From: Octopus vulgaris
Taxonomy: Eukaryota
Length of the DNA: 64,000 bases
Assembly (NCBI GenBank): GCA_951406725.2
Contig: OX597823.1
Coordinates: 65,286,001-65,350,000, forward strand
Direction of reading: 5' to 3'
Shown: piece by piece, positions 14,488 to 28,600 of the stretch
How positions within the stretch are numbered: position 1 is the stretch's first letter
Layout of the letters: every line of letters starts with the position of its first letter
Position numbers and translations under genes: made by a program
The notes under the pieces: model-generated
Database searches by the model: none
Told to the model about the DNA's origin: nothing
What the model saw: only the letters and a program-made list of their open reading frames with translations

Positions 14488-14533
<46 letters not shown>

Positions 14534-14538
14534 TATGA

Positions 14539-14576
<38 letters not shown>

Positions 14577-15652
14577 ATCTTTATATAACTATGTGTGTGT
14601 GTTTATGTTTGCGTGTGTTTGTGTGTACGTATGTCTAGCAGAAATTTCGGGAAGGTATCTAAAGCGATTGGAAAAATATTGAAGAAATATGAGTTTTTAA
14701 ATATGATTGAAAAGGAAAATGTAAATATACAGAAGCTCTATTCGAAATATCCCAGTCTCGACATCTGAATCTTGATATAAAGAAGCAGTTAATATCAGAA
14801 AGATACAAATGCTGAAAATATAAAAAGCGAGAATTAGCCCTAAGGATGATTTAATATTATACTTATAACACATATAGGGAAAAGGAATGTAATCTGCATA
14901 GTCATCCTACCCATAGTAACTACATCTTTCTCGAATCATACGCAGGTCACTTAACATAGGAAAAAGTTATAACTATTCCAACAGTAAGAAGTACAACGAT
15001 GGAACCTACTGTCAATTCGTTACAGAGCACATGGTGTATATGGACTGAATGGAAATAACTCAGTGGATTCCTTGATGGTCTTGATTTCTGATACCCATGT
15101 GAAATAGGGACATGGTCTGGTGTAACCTTTTTGTTACTGTAGAGTTTGACTCTATCTAAAAGATGAGTCATATGCTGGTTTGCCCTTATTGGACATTTTT
15201 ATTTCGTTTATTGTTTAGTCGGGTAGAAAGTACAAATACCATGATATTTTACCGGGCCACCGAGACTTGTAAGAGAGAAAGCAGTTATCTTAGAACTGGA
15301 GGACTGGTAGGAATGTATGCACCATAATGGAGTCCACTAAATTTATCCGAATGTCCGGTGGTATTATACCTGGTGATGAATGATGTCTACCATCTTTTTG
15401 TTTGGATAGTCTGAGAGCAGCCCAAGAGTTGCGCAAAATATTTTTAAAATAGTAATTAACAATAAAGAATAATTTGTAAAATTTAACAAACAGCAACGTG
15501 GACGTATGTGGATACAAAATGTGTATAAACCATTAAATATGAAAACTGTAGCTAAGAGTTTATGAAAAAGACTATAAGTGATATAAGAAGAACATTTATA
15601 GATGTACCAGAAGGTTTTGAAGGGAGTTGTAATCAGCTTAATCAAAACATAT

Positions 15653-15850
15653 ACTCTTTACTCTTTTACTTGTTTCAGTCATTTGACTGCGGCCATGCTG
15701 GAGCACCGCCTTTAGTCGAGCAAATCGACTCCGGGACTTATTCTTTGTAAGCCCAGTACTTATTCTATCGGTCTCTTTTGCCGAACCGCTAAATCGGTTG
15801 TCAAGCAATGCTAGGGGGACAAACACAGACACATAAACACACACACATAT

Positions 15851-15891
<41 letters not shown>

Positions 15892-16044
15892 ACAGTCTTC
15901 TTTCAGTTTCCGTCTACCAAATCCACTCACAAGGCTTTGGTCGGCCCGAGGCTAAAGCAGAAGACACTCAAGGTGCCACACAGTGGGACTGAACCCAGAA
16001 CCATGTGGTTGGTTAGCAAGCTACTTACCACACAGCCACTCCTG
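15653..16044 (-). mobile_element. tRNA-derived SINE, family C, with internal (CA)/(TA) microsatellite
   Basis: Minus-strand head caggagtggctgtgtggtaagtagcttgc...gggttcagtccc and tail gactgaaacaagtaaaagagtaaagag. Second copy at 50174-50581. Confidence 0.85.
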
Positions 16045-16119
16045 AGCATATATGCAAGAATCATTGTAAAATGTAAGTAGATAAAGTTAATACAATATGC
16101 TGATAGTTTGTGAGTGCAG

Positions 16120-16277
16120 ATTGTCGATGATGAATTTGTTCGTCTTTGTAAAGAGACAAACTAAAATGTTAGCCTGCATTAGAGAACTTCTCACTGAGGA
16201 AGGATGAAGCAACTGTTAAGCAGGCAAACATCTTAGTTTGTCTCTTTACAAAGGCGACTAAATTCATCACCTACAAT
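16120..16277. repeat. Fold-back element with ~58-bp arms
   Basis: attgtcgatgatgaatttgttcgtctttgtaaagagacaaactaaaatgttagcctgc pairs with gcaggcaaacatcttagtttgtctctttacaaaggcgactaaattcatcacctacaat. The loop contains CTGAGGA. Confidence 0.85.
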
Positions 16278-16843
16278 ATGTTCCATTGAATCTGAGAGAA
16301 ATATGTCAAAAACAATACTCGGAATAGAAGAATTCACCTTTTAATTAAATTACCATAGACAGGATTTGGATTCTGTAATGCAAAGGAACAAAGTACTTGT
16401 CAACTTGCAGAGTAACATGGTTAAAATTGACAAGGTTTACAACACGATCATTATATTGGACTTTGGACTTTGTCGAAGGTGACTTCGTCTCTCAAATATG
16501 TAAAACCCCTTTAAAACGCCGAGCCATTTGACATGTAAAACCTGGATTTATCACTCTACTTCATCTTCATAAGCAATAGAAAGAGGCCGGATGATGGAAA
16601 TATCAGGAAATTGTGTATTTTAAATCATTTAATATGTTTAAAAAAACACTAAACAATGTTTATATATTGACAAAGAAATATCTTATTTCTAGTAATCAAT
16701 TACTAGAGATTTCGAAATTATAGCTTCCGTATATCTGGAGCGGATCTATCAAGCAGACACACATGATCTAACAAGTGGTACGCAACGTGTTGGTTAAACA
16801 ACTAGCAGAATAAAACTATTAAAATTTACTCGAGGCAGGTGCC

Positions 16844-18368
16844 GAAGGTGACCGAAACCAATTTCTTTCAAAATTTGCATGCAAAATAGCCTTCATATGA
16901 AACGTTTAAATATGAAATATTTCTTTACTCGACTCTAATATTTGTTGGGTAATTTTTCTTTCTTTTGTTTTCATTTTAGAGCATTTAAATAAATCTACAA
17001 CTTTTGCTTCGTCTATTTTTCCTGAAAATGACAATAAAAGTTGACCTAATATTTGACCTTTGACCTTTCATAGGTCAAAAGACGTGGTCAACGATCTTTT
17101 TGAAATTTTGTCGAAATACTTCCCTACTTAGTCACAACTCACATACAGGAATTCATACTGGCATTTCAGTCGGAACTGTAGTTGTAAGGTCTATTAGCTA
17201 TGGTTAATGTTATACAGCCTAGTTAAATTACTTAAGTCTTATTTTCTTTCAGATTGGATATATATGATCGTTTAAGTCATATTCTAGCCATAGAAAAAAG
17301 CGCTTTTCCTCAAGAAACTGCCAGTTATGTTTCTCAGTTTTATAAAAATGAAGTAAGGAGTGTTATGCCAAGAGAAAAGGATTACAAATAAGTAAAAAAT
17401 GTTGGCAAAAGGGTCTACGAGTGAAAGTATCCCATACTTCATAACTTAAAGGGAGCTTTCCAGTTGTTTAAATCAAAAAGTTCTGAAGTCAAAATTAGTT
17501 TCTCAAAATTTGCAGAGTTAAGGCCAAAAGAATGCATACTTGTAGGTAGTGCTGGTATACATAATGCATGCGTATGCAACAGTCATTAGAATGTCAAACT
17601 AATGATTTCTGGCATTAAACTATCTGATTTAACAAAGGATATGAAGCAATGATTGGAATTAATTACTTGCTATCCAATAACAAACGACTGTTACATGGGT
17701 AACTGTGAAAATTGTAGTTCTTTGCTAGAAGAGCTTGGAAATGTTAATTGTGAATATGATTGATGAAGTACAGTACAAGCAATGGCTAACAACAGACAGA
17801 ACAAACCTAGAAAATATATCAAAATTAAATTATAATTTTATTTGAATTTTCTGTCAAAAGCTTAACGCACTTGAACTACATGATTTCATTGCAAAGGAAC
17901 AATTGCAAATTTTGTACTCCAAGAAAAGTATCTTTAAGTGAAGGAGGAATCTAAGTCCTAGCAGAGTTTTCAGAGAATTATTCATGGATCTTGCAAGATG
18001 TTGTACAAATATTTCATTAGAACAGTGCCTATGCTATTCTCCGTCCGTTTCTTTGTTATCATAAACAAAACAATGGTGTGACTAATATCAATGTTGTTAT
18101 TATATCCGACTGTATGAAGCATGATAATGTAGTAGTCCATCTCTTCCAAAATCGAAAATAAAAAGGAAGAAAAAAGCTGACAGATTTTTCTTTGAAATTT
18201 TCAAATGGTCATAACTCAGCAAATATTAGATTGAAATAAAAAAATATATTTCATAGTTAAAGGTTTCATATGAAGGCCATTTAGCATGCAAATTTTGAAA
18301 GAAATCCGTTTCGGCCACCTTCAGTTTTTTTTTTTTTTAAACTGTGTTGATTTCATACGGAATCACCC
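16844..18368 (+). mobile_element. Sola2-like DNA transposon remnant
   Basis: Inverted repeats of about 110 bp (16844-16955 versus ~18205-18323), with right terminus ...gaatcaccc. The decayed transposase at ~17290-18150 has ISFSKFAELRPKEC, YKQWLTTDR, AEFSENYS, RPFLCY and ISDCMKHDNVVVHLFQ, recalled as Sola2-type motifs. Confidence 0.7.
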
Positions 18369-18892
18369 AATATAATCTGTAGAAAATAACAACTTCCCTC
18401 CTCAATAAGGTACGACGCAATTTACATTATTGCTCTAATACATAGAAACATAGAAACACGCACACATCTACACACAGACACAGACACATACTCTGAGATA
18501 CACACGTGCGCGCGTGTTTGTATGAGTGCGTGCTCTGGAAAAAGATAACAGTTTTATTAGCATATGTTTACACCTCACTTAGAAAAATGAACCAGTTTCG
18601 TATTGATAAATACACTTATGAATGTATTGTTCATTTCTTATAATCTATTTTCCTCTTTTTTTATATTAGTAATTCATTGACTTCTTTGTTCCAATATCTG
18701 GAATCGTGCCATTTTATTTATTTATTTATTTATTTTTACTTCATAATACACAAAGAGGTATTTCTTCTAAGAAACAGAATTCTTTACGGTTATTATTGCT
18801 GGTATTGCTCAGTTGGTTTTCTTCTCTTTCATCTTCCTTGTATTAAGTTTCGTTTCAAATATCATTAGTCATAAACATATACACGTATACAC

Positions 18893-18934
<42 letters not shown>

Positions 18935-18968
18935 AATGATGATGATGATGGCTTATATATATATATAT

Positions 18969-19005
<37 letters not shown>

Positions 19006-19226
19006 TTAAACAATGATGATGATGATGGCTTATATATATATATATAAAATATATATTTTATATAAATATACGTATACATAAACAAACGCACGCGCACACA
19101 CATATATATTTACATATACCTATACATATATATACATAATGCATATATAATACATACATATATATATGTATATACATATATGTATATGTATACGTATATG
19201 TATATATACATACATAATGCATATAT

Positions 19227-19290
<64 letters not shown>

Positions 19291-19919
19291 ATAAATACAT
19301 ATAAATCTGAAATTCTGAAGGAATAACACGTAGATAAGGTAGTTTTGAACTTTTACAATGTTACTGATTTCGGAGCTTTCATTGAACAACCTCAACAATT
19401 GTCTTATCTCTCGGGATTTTGCAAAACAAACATTGCTAAATTTTTGATTCAATTATGGTGTCTTCTAGTTTATTTCATATAAGACCAAAAACATATCGGA
19501 ATTATGGAATGTACGTATAAGTATACCGACATAGAGTGTAACGAATACAAACTCATTCTTGAATAGCATTATAGCATTATAGCATTATATGTATGATATG
19601 TATACATACATACATATATATATATATGTATGTGTGTGTGTATATGCACATATACATGTAACTCCCTCGATACGCAAAGTTTTATTCTATTTATAACATA
19701 TATAAACCAATACACGTACATCACTACTATGTTACAAAGAAACACATACACACACGAACGCACACACAACACCTACACACAAACACTCACATACACACAA
19801 ACAAACACATACACACACATGCACATACATACATTAATATATGTGCTGCCCAATTTATCGGTTTAATGTGTATGAGGGTGTATTATTCATATACAAATAT
19901 ATCTATACATCTCTCTCTC

Positions 19920-20033
<114 letters not shown>

Positions 20034-20123
20034 TTGAGGTTCCCAGCAAATCGGTACAAAACAATGTGGTGAACATAATAATCAAATACAAAGGGTAGAT
20101 TAAAATATAATGTTCTACTGAAT

Positions 20124-20169
<46 letters not shown>

Positions 20170-20246
20170 TATTATTTGCAACTACACGTATGTATTGAAA
20201 AGAGGCTATTTCAGATAAGATCGCAAAAGAAGCATCTTTTGCTTAG

Positions 20247-20297
<51 letters not shown>

Positions 20298-20475
20298 CGT
20301 GTGTGTGTATGTATACATATATTAATTTATATCTAACTTCCAATCAGGTATTAAACATAACTTTTTCTGAGACATTTGTTTGATATTCTATATATTTGAA
20401 TAGATTGCAGCGTGTATATCTAGGACCGGAAATTTGGTTGCTAAGGTTTTCTTTATAACATCATAAGTTACATAT

Positions 20476-20533
20476 TCTTTACACGTGTTTCACTACCACA
20501 GAATAATTCTTACAACGCCGGATCATCAGAAGA
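20476..20533 (-). ncRNA. Type I hammerhead ribozyme motif (stem II decayed)
   Basis: Minus strand: TCTT-CTGATGA-[31 nt]-GAAA-CACGTG-TA-AAGA. Canonical core, palindromic stem III, GUA site and 4-bp stem I; the base of stem II is mismatched. Confidence 0.6.
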
Positions 20534-21073
20534 TAATTTAATCCACTGACGCTTGTCAAACTGAAAAATACGTATACCTCCAGCTATTCCTATATACAAA
20601 TATATATATATATATCTGTTGAAGAAAGGAATTTTCTTATTTTCAAATCGTGAGATATTGTAAGGGTCAGAGAGAGAGAGAGAGATGGGTTTTAAGTGCA
20701 ATCAGGGTGTTAAGAGAAGGGTTAAAATTAGGCGTTGACAACTGATTGATAATTCAGCAGAAAAAAACCACGCACACATTCACCTTCATGCTTATATAAC
20801 CACTTGTATATGAATGCTGTTGCAAATTCCAAGAATTGCTAACATATATACGTGCATAGTTTGTTTCCACCGCTAATGATTTGTTCCTAAATTTATGTAG
20901 CTAGAGGCGGTGTTTTTGCTAGATCATATATCGAACTGGTTGGCAATGTAGAATGTAGGTATATATAAATACGTATAATTATGCTCAGATATATACACAG
21001 AAATATATCCGTCTTAAAATGTCCCTAAAAGCCTATTTATACAGAGACATAGGGTCGCACACATATATGTATG

Positions 21074-21132
<59 letters not shown>

Positions 21133-21385
21133 TAACTCAGAAGCAACACATCTTGTTTCATTATAGCTATCATTTCTAAATGTCATATATATTTATATTT
21201 ATATATGGATGTATGTACGTATGTATTTGTAAGTATATGTGTGTGAGAGTATGTGCGTGTGTGTGTGCCTATCGTTAAGTTTATGTATATATATTTATAT
21301 TCGTCTGTTTAGTAGTCCATCCGTTCATCCGTCCGTCCGTCCGTCCGTCTCTCTGTCTGTCTGTCTTTCAGTCTATTTCTCTATG

Positions 21386-21432
<47 letters not shown>

Positions 21433-21825
21433 AACAATATTGACCAAGGTTACCGTGGTCTTTTTCGTAGGCTTTTCTTCCCACGGATAAACCTTACTTG
21501 CTTTCCCCTTTACACCATATATCATAACACTGTGATACACGATCCCTATTGATCGTTTTTTTCCTCTTCCCCTTTTTCCCCTTTTTTCTTCTTTTTTCAT
21601 TTCTCTTTCCTTTTGTTACTTTTCCTTTTTTTTTCTTTTTATTCCTTTTATTTTATTCAAATTTTTTTTTGTTCTTTTCTTCCCTTTTACGATCCCTCTT
21701 GATCGAAAACCTACGCCACCCCTTTTTTTTTCTTTTGTTTTTTGTTCTCTTCATCCCCCAAAAGAAAAGCTCTACCTTGTAACTTGTCACATTTGTGTGC
21801 AGCCCTGTGTGGCCAATAAAGAAAC

Positions 21826-21826
<1 letters not shown>
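21433..21826 (+). mobile_element. 3' end of Tx1/L1-like LINE embedded in (TATC)n
   Basis: Same sequence as the 3' UTR of the inverted copy at 30268-30771. Ends gcagccctgtgtggccaataaagaaac, with (TATC)n on both sides. Confidence 0.7.
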
Positions 21827-21878
<52 letters not shown>

Positions 21879-22389
21879 AATCAACTAACTAGCTATCTAT
21901 CTATCTACATGCGTACACTTAAATTCGTCTATGTGCCATACAGTTTTATTTCTATGTGTTTGATTAAATACAAGATTATTTCTTTGGTATACATTCCTGA
22001 TTTTATGTTTTACATATCTATTCATTAACTTGTTATCGGCATTCCCCGACAAAATTATTTCGGACTTAGATTTTTTATTTTTTGTATTTTTTCATATGTC
22101 AGTAGCTACATGTTAATAATTTGAAGTCTACATGTTTTACAATAAATGGCAAAACGTGATATATGGCCTGTACAACAACATAAGGTATAAGATTTAGCAT
22201 TGACACTCACAAACGCCACAGTTATAAAAGAAATCGAAGGAAATCCTTTACTACAATGTAATAACATAGATACTTGCACAATGAATTAAAGAATTCATCA
22301 GAAAATTGGCTCAAACTAAATAAAAAATGTAGAGTGAAACTCTTTTAATAGCACATCTGATCGTTACAACGAAAGGGTATCCATTAGTG

Positions 22390-22622
22390 AAGGCGGCGAG
22401 CTGGCAGAAACGTTAGCACGCCGGGCGAAATGCGTAGCCGTATTTCGTCTGTCATTACGTTCTGAGTTCAAATTCCGCCGAGGTCAACTTTGCCTTTCAT
22501 CCTTTCGGGGTCGATAAATTAAGTACCAGTTAGGCACTGGGGTCGATATAATCGACTTAATACCTATGTCTGTCCTTGTTTGTCCCCTCTATGTTTAGCC
22601 CCTTGTGGGCAATAAAGAAATA
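22390..22622 (+). mobile_element. SINE family A, full length with TSD
   Basis: aaggcggcgagctggcagaaacgttagc...gagttcaaattcc...ttgtgggcaataaagaaata. A 14-bp TSD GGTATCCATTAGTG lies at 22376-22389 and 22623-22636. Confidence 0.9.
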
Positions 22623-23023
22623 GGTATCCATTAGTGTTTTAAACCTGAAGTTAAAGTACATCAACTGCAATTTCATTACTGCATATATAACTAAAAAACC
22701 CACAAAATACAAAAAGTGTAATATAATTTTTGTTTTAACATACCCTTATAAACCCATGCCTCAACTGAAAATTACTGATGCTTGTGAACTCACTTGTACC
22801 CTTTAATCACAAATTTCATTTCTTTTTCAGAAAATGCAGTTATCACATATATGATTTCACAAAATATAGTTTAACAAAAACAAGATTTTATAGAAATAAA
22901 ATTATATTACATTATTCTTCGGTTTCTAATTTTTTAAGTTCCCCCACGATTTTGACAATCTGTATATTATAAACTAAATTGTCCAGTATGCAATTCTATT
23001 GTTTAGACTGTATAATGCCTATA

Positions 23024-23190
23024 TACGACGGGTTGCTGAAAAGTTCCTTGTTCTGGTAAATGAAAATACAGGAGGCTCAGTAAATTATGATTTTATACAA
23101 CATATTCCTATCTCAGATTCAGACACTTATTGCAGCCCTGCAAAAGAACTCGGAAGTTTAGGCCTCCATCCAGGCCTTTCGCGTGATATA
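23024..23190 (+). mobile_element. Mariner-type terminal fragment
   Basis: Begins TA-CGACGGGTTGCTGAAAAGTTCC, typical of a mariner TIR start. No partner TIR was found. Confidence 0.45.
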
Positions 23191-23952
23191 TGTATGTGTA
23201 CATACATTAATTCATGTATAGATAGATACACACACACATAAAATACACGCGTATACGGATACATACTAACAGCAATACATAATAAATTTTGGTTTTTGTA
23301 GTATCAGTTTGATAAATGGCTGTTGGTGAAAGGAAAAGTAACATCGATGACATTTACCCAGTATGCCGCTGAGAACCGTGAAATTGAAACAAACACTTTT
23401 AACAAACGCATGGCCTATATGTTTCAGAACATTATATATATTTCAGGTGCAACTTTCTCCTTATTCTCATTCTTTTTAAATCGATATGTTTATATAAATC
23501 ATTGTAGATTGCTGTTAAAACTATCTTAATTTCTGGTGTTTGAGAAAAACCAAAAGTCCCTGACACATCTATATATTTAAGTGATATTTATTTTCGAAAA
23601 ACTCTTTACTAACTTTGCAAGACACTTTTCAGCGGAGACTTATATTTTTATATATTAGTTTCAGTAAACCGTCATGAAAAGTAACTGCAACTGTCGAGTA
23701 AAGGAAAGTGAGATTAAGAAAAGTAAAGAGATTTTAAATTGCAAACTACACACTTTCGGACAATGCTACATAAATACTTAGAACCACTGAATCATTCTCA
23801 CTTCATCTAACAGAACGACTTCGAAATTCCGCTGCATGTGACACTACCTTATAGCAAGAAATTTACAGCCACGCAAGAAAGATATTTTTTTGAATGAGCA
23901 TTTCTATTTCTTCCTGCATTTTGCTGGTAAATAGTAGACACATGCATGAGCA

Positions 23953-24248
<296 letters not shown>

Positions 24249-24954
24249 ATATATATATATACACACACACTTGCACACACGCACACACACAAACAAACAC
24301 ACATACAAGTCTATGTATTTGAATGTATTCAGAAATTAAGCAGTCATCACAATAAAAGACTCAATTGAAATACTTGTAAGTTTTATACGAAAATTTGCAG
24401 TAGTGTTTCGGATCGAGCCAGGTCTTGTAAAGCGGATGAAAATATGAATGGTGGGAGTAGTTACCAAATATCGGTAGTTGAAAGCGAGTAATAGCCAGAA
24501 AATTCTGAACTAAAAGTTTGGATGTTAAAGGAAATCCTTACTTTTGTTTCAAATTTTGGCACAAAGCCAGCAGTTTTTGAGTAAGGGTAGTAAGTCGATT
24601 ACATCCACTCCAATGCTTAACTGCTACTTATTTTATCGAATCCCCGGAAGGATGAAAGGTAATACTGACCTCGGTGGAATTTGATCTCAAATTGTAAAGA
24701 GAGATGAAACGTTACTACTGTTTGTACCAGCTTGCTTCCTTAAATGAGATTCTTATATTAAGATGAAAAGCACTGGAAACAAAAAGAATTTGCCTTAAAT
24801 AAAAATATTATACACAAACCCACATACAGACACGCACGAGCATACACACATATATATACACACACACACTCACACGCACATACATACACACACATATAAT
24901 ATATAACATTTACGTTACGTTTGTTCAAATTATATATATATATATATATATATC

Positions 24955-25560
24955 GCCGACGAGGTCTTCTCTCGAGACTGAAAATAACGGTCTTTCGTTT
25001 TGCTTATTGTTGTTATTTACGGACTCTAATGTGATTGGTGAGTATAATTCTTGCTTGCAAGTTCCTTCCACAAATAGGACACGTTATTCCGAAGGGATAT
25101 TTAATTCTTGCCTATGCTTGTCTATCTTTTCTGCACCTCCTCTTCTCTCCTTGTTCGGCAGTCCTACTTGTCTCAAAAGTTGTTCGTCCCCCTTTGATGC
25201 TGGACCTCTTTCACTCTTTATCCTGAGCATTTCTCCCCCAGTTCTAGGTGTCAATATTACACTCTTGAAGTTGGCTTTTAGGACATCTTTGAATCTTTTC
25301 TTTTGTCCTCCTCTGCTTCGATTTCCTTCGTTTAGTTGGGATGGATTAAGATAGCTTCCCTGAAGGCCATTGCTTCTTTCAACACAGTTATGTTTGTACT
25401 TCTCAGTTGATGTTGAAAATATTTCTAAGACAATGTTGGTAGGACCTTTGAAGAGATTTTATGAGAATTCTGAGCGTAGTCAAGGCCATAGATACGAATA
25501 GGACCGTAGGGATGATGACTGCCTTGTATACAATCATTTTTGTGTCAGAAAGAAAATTTA
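24955..25560 (-). mobile_element. RTE-clade LINE 3' fragment
   Basis: Minus-strand peptides TKMIVYKAVIIPTVL, QLNEGNRSRGGQKKRFKDVLK and a C-terminal CPICGR zinc-finger-like motif are typical of RTE ORF ends. Confidence 0.75.
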
Positions 25561-25699
25561 AACAACTTTAATTGAAAACGCTCCTGTTTTGAGGGAAGCA
25601 AAATAAGCTCTGAAATGTAGGTGATTAAAGAATAATTTCAGAGATCACACTTCTATGGCACACAACGTAAGAATATGTGCAACAAACTTAAATATGGTT

Positions 25700-28600
25700 T
25701 TTAAACAAATATAAGACAACTAACGAAGTTATTGTTTTTTTCACCGTTCTCAAATGATTTTGTCTTCAATAAAAACATTTATAAAATATAAATTAAATAG
25801 TACATTATATAATATAATAATGAGATTGAATCTGTATCTCGCCTGATAAAACGAAGACTCTATACGTCATTAACCTTAGAATTGTTTCTAGTATATAAAT
25901 TATTTCTAATTCCATCGCTAAAAGTTACAATAAAGAAAGCTAATTAGAACATAATTAATGTGATTAACCTCCACGGACAAAATATTACGCCGGATTTGAA
26001 TATAGATAATAGAACCAAACCACTGTTATCTAAATAACCCTACTGTGGTCAGTAACATTACAAACCTGATTTCGACCAAAGTCCATCAATTAGATTAATC
26101 AATACAACTACAATTGACAACTAAGTAATTAGTAAAAATTTCTGATTTATATTAGATAAACGTCTTTCTAAAGTCAAGGTGCTGTCGCCCATAACATTAT
26201 GAAAGAACTCCTAGATATAATCGAATATTTTAAATTAATCCAGAATAAGCGCAACACTAAATTTTTATAATTCGATATTGAAGGCTATTATCCGTCTATC
26301 ACACAAATGCTCTTAATCTAGGCACTCAGTTTAATTAATAGCGGCTGTGTGATAAGACGCTCCAACTAATTAATAACGACTGCATAATAAGTCGTTCAAC
26401 TTAATTGATAGCAGTTGTGTCAGAGACTTAACTGACTTCGGAAAGGATATCGTATCCTATGCAGGCAAAGTCGTCATAAATTAAGACTCTTTACGGATTA
26501 ACTGAATATCCAAAGTATATTTAACGTAAGCATGATAGATAACCACTGGGTAAAAATTAGCAAGCTTATATTTATCTTACTATAAATTTTTAACGATACG
26601 TTCTTTAATATTAAAGGTAATCTCAATCAAAATGGATATTTTCTACTTTTGTATAAGTGCAGCTACCATATACCTCGTAAAAAAAAAACTATATCTTTTT
26701 ACAAGAAATTTAGATTCATGGTTATTATTATTTTTTTGTTTTGTTTTGTATATCATTTTAGATTCCACCAAGTTCCTATTTTTATCCCTTCGTGAGCCAA
26801 ACGAATTACTCTGCATTTATCCTGGATTAATTTTCACCACCTACTAACGGCGGCTTCACAACTATATGCATAAATATTGTAAAACACTAAGAATATCATT
26901 AATAATTTATTCAAGATAATTTTCCTTAGATTATTTCATCTCTCTGGAAATAAGGATATTGTTATGAAGGCTATTGCTTGAAGTAAAGCTCTTCCTATAA
27001 GTGATTAAACATTTCTTCAAATACATGTCACGTACAGAACCACATTCTGAAAGAAATTCAAAGTATAACATCCGCACATCCCCTTCAAAACTAAATGTTT
27101 TACCAAATCACAGTTGTTATAAATTAATTATGAAGAACTTATCTAAAACTTTCCTATACCTCTACATTTAAATTTGCCAACATCTTGACCTCATTCCTTA
27201 AATCCGCCTAACAATTTTAACTAACTCTACAATATTGTAATTCATCCAAATAGATGCATTTTGGAATTTAGTTGCTTTCTTTTCCTATAGTTTACCAATG
27301 CACCATACTAATAAATAAGTCTCCGCGCACACTCACCGATTTCATCGCTGTTCCTCGTAAAATACGCTTCAAGAATCATGCTCCTATTTTTAGGAAGCCT
27401 TACAAAAGCAATGTAACTTTTCACGTTTCATTCGAAAACTAAAAAGATACTAGCCTGTCAACTTAAAACTGATACATTTTAACTAGTATTAACACATCGG
27501 AATGAGAAGACTGTGCAATATTTACACTTCCGGGAACCTATCAATCATCTATGCCAAAGTCATTCAGACTTCTTAAAAGGAGTGAAGCAATATCTTTTAG
27601 CAGAAACAGAAGTTTCAAGAATTATATTGGTTAGAAACCAAATTTCTTTCGTTACACGTAAAGTTTCTTTATACGCATAGCTATTTCAATTGTGTATTTT
27701 TAATTACAATTGTTTTGAACTCAATGTACACCTTGACATTCTACCTTAAATCTGCTCAATTTGCTCGTTTAGAGCCCTTAGTGATAATAGTTATTTGCAA
27801 TTGACTATTTCTATGTACATTTAGAATTAATATTTAACCATACCATTAACTTTAGAATCACGTTGCCACACAGTCTGTATTCTTTCCTTGAAATACATTT
27901 ATGCACATTAACTAATTTGTGCTGCAGTTCAACCTCCTTCAAACATTCCTTCTATTTAGCTTTTATAATCCTATTTTAAACACCTACTTAGAAATACTAT
28001 TCACAATTTTCCCAAACTGATAATGCTTTATTTGTTGTGTCCTGCATGTATATGACGTTTCCTTTTGTCTCATAGATTCCGTTTTACTATTGGCGCAAGG
28101 CCTGCAATTTTGAGCGAGGGAGGAAACTCAGAGTCTAACTGATACTTATTTTATCGGCCACGAAAAGGTGAAGGACAAATTCGATCTTGGCGGAATTTGA
28201 ACATATAAGGTAACGTCGGACAAAATGCCGCTAAGAATTTTGCCAAGCGTGCTAAGGGTTCTACTAGTTCGCCGTCTCACATTCGTCTAATATGACGGCT
28301 TGAAATTTTGCCACACGGCCAGTCATTCGAGGGAGGAGGGTAAAACGATTACATCGAACCCAATGGTCAGCTGGTATTTATTTTATAGGCTTCAAAAGGA
28401 TGGAAGGCAAAGTCGACCTCTGGTGAATTTGAACGCAGAATGTGGAGACGGACGGAATGACGCAAAGCATTTTGCCTGGCGCGATAATCATTCTACCAGC
28501 GCACTGCATTCTTTTGTCTCATACATTAAAAATTCACTCTAACAAAGTTTTAAAATTTTTATGAAGGATGTGCTTACAATTAACTACTTCTCTATGCTAC

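Noticed and set aside
20850-20925. Hammerhead-like CACCGC/GCGGTG-GAAA on the minus strand
   Set aside because: No CUGANGA box at the required position.
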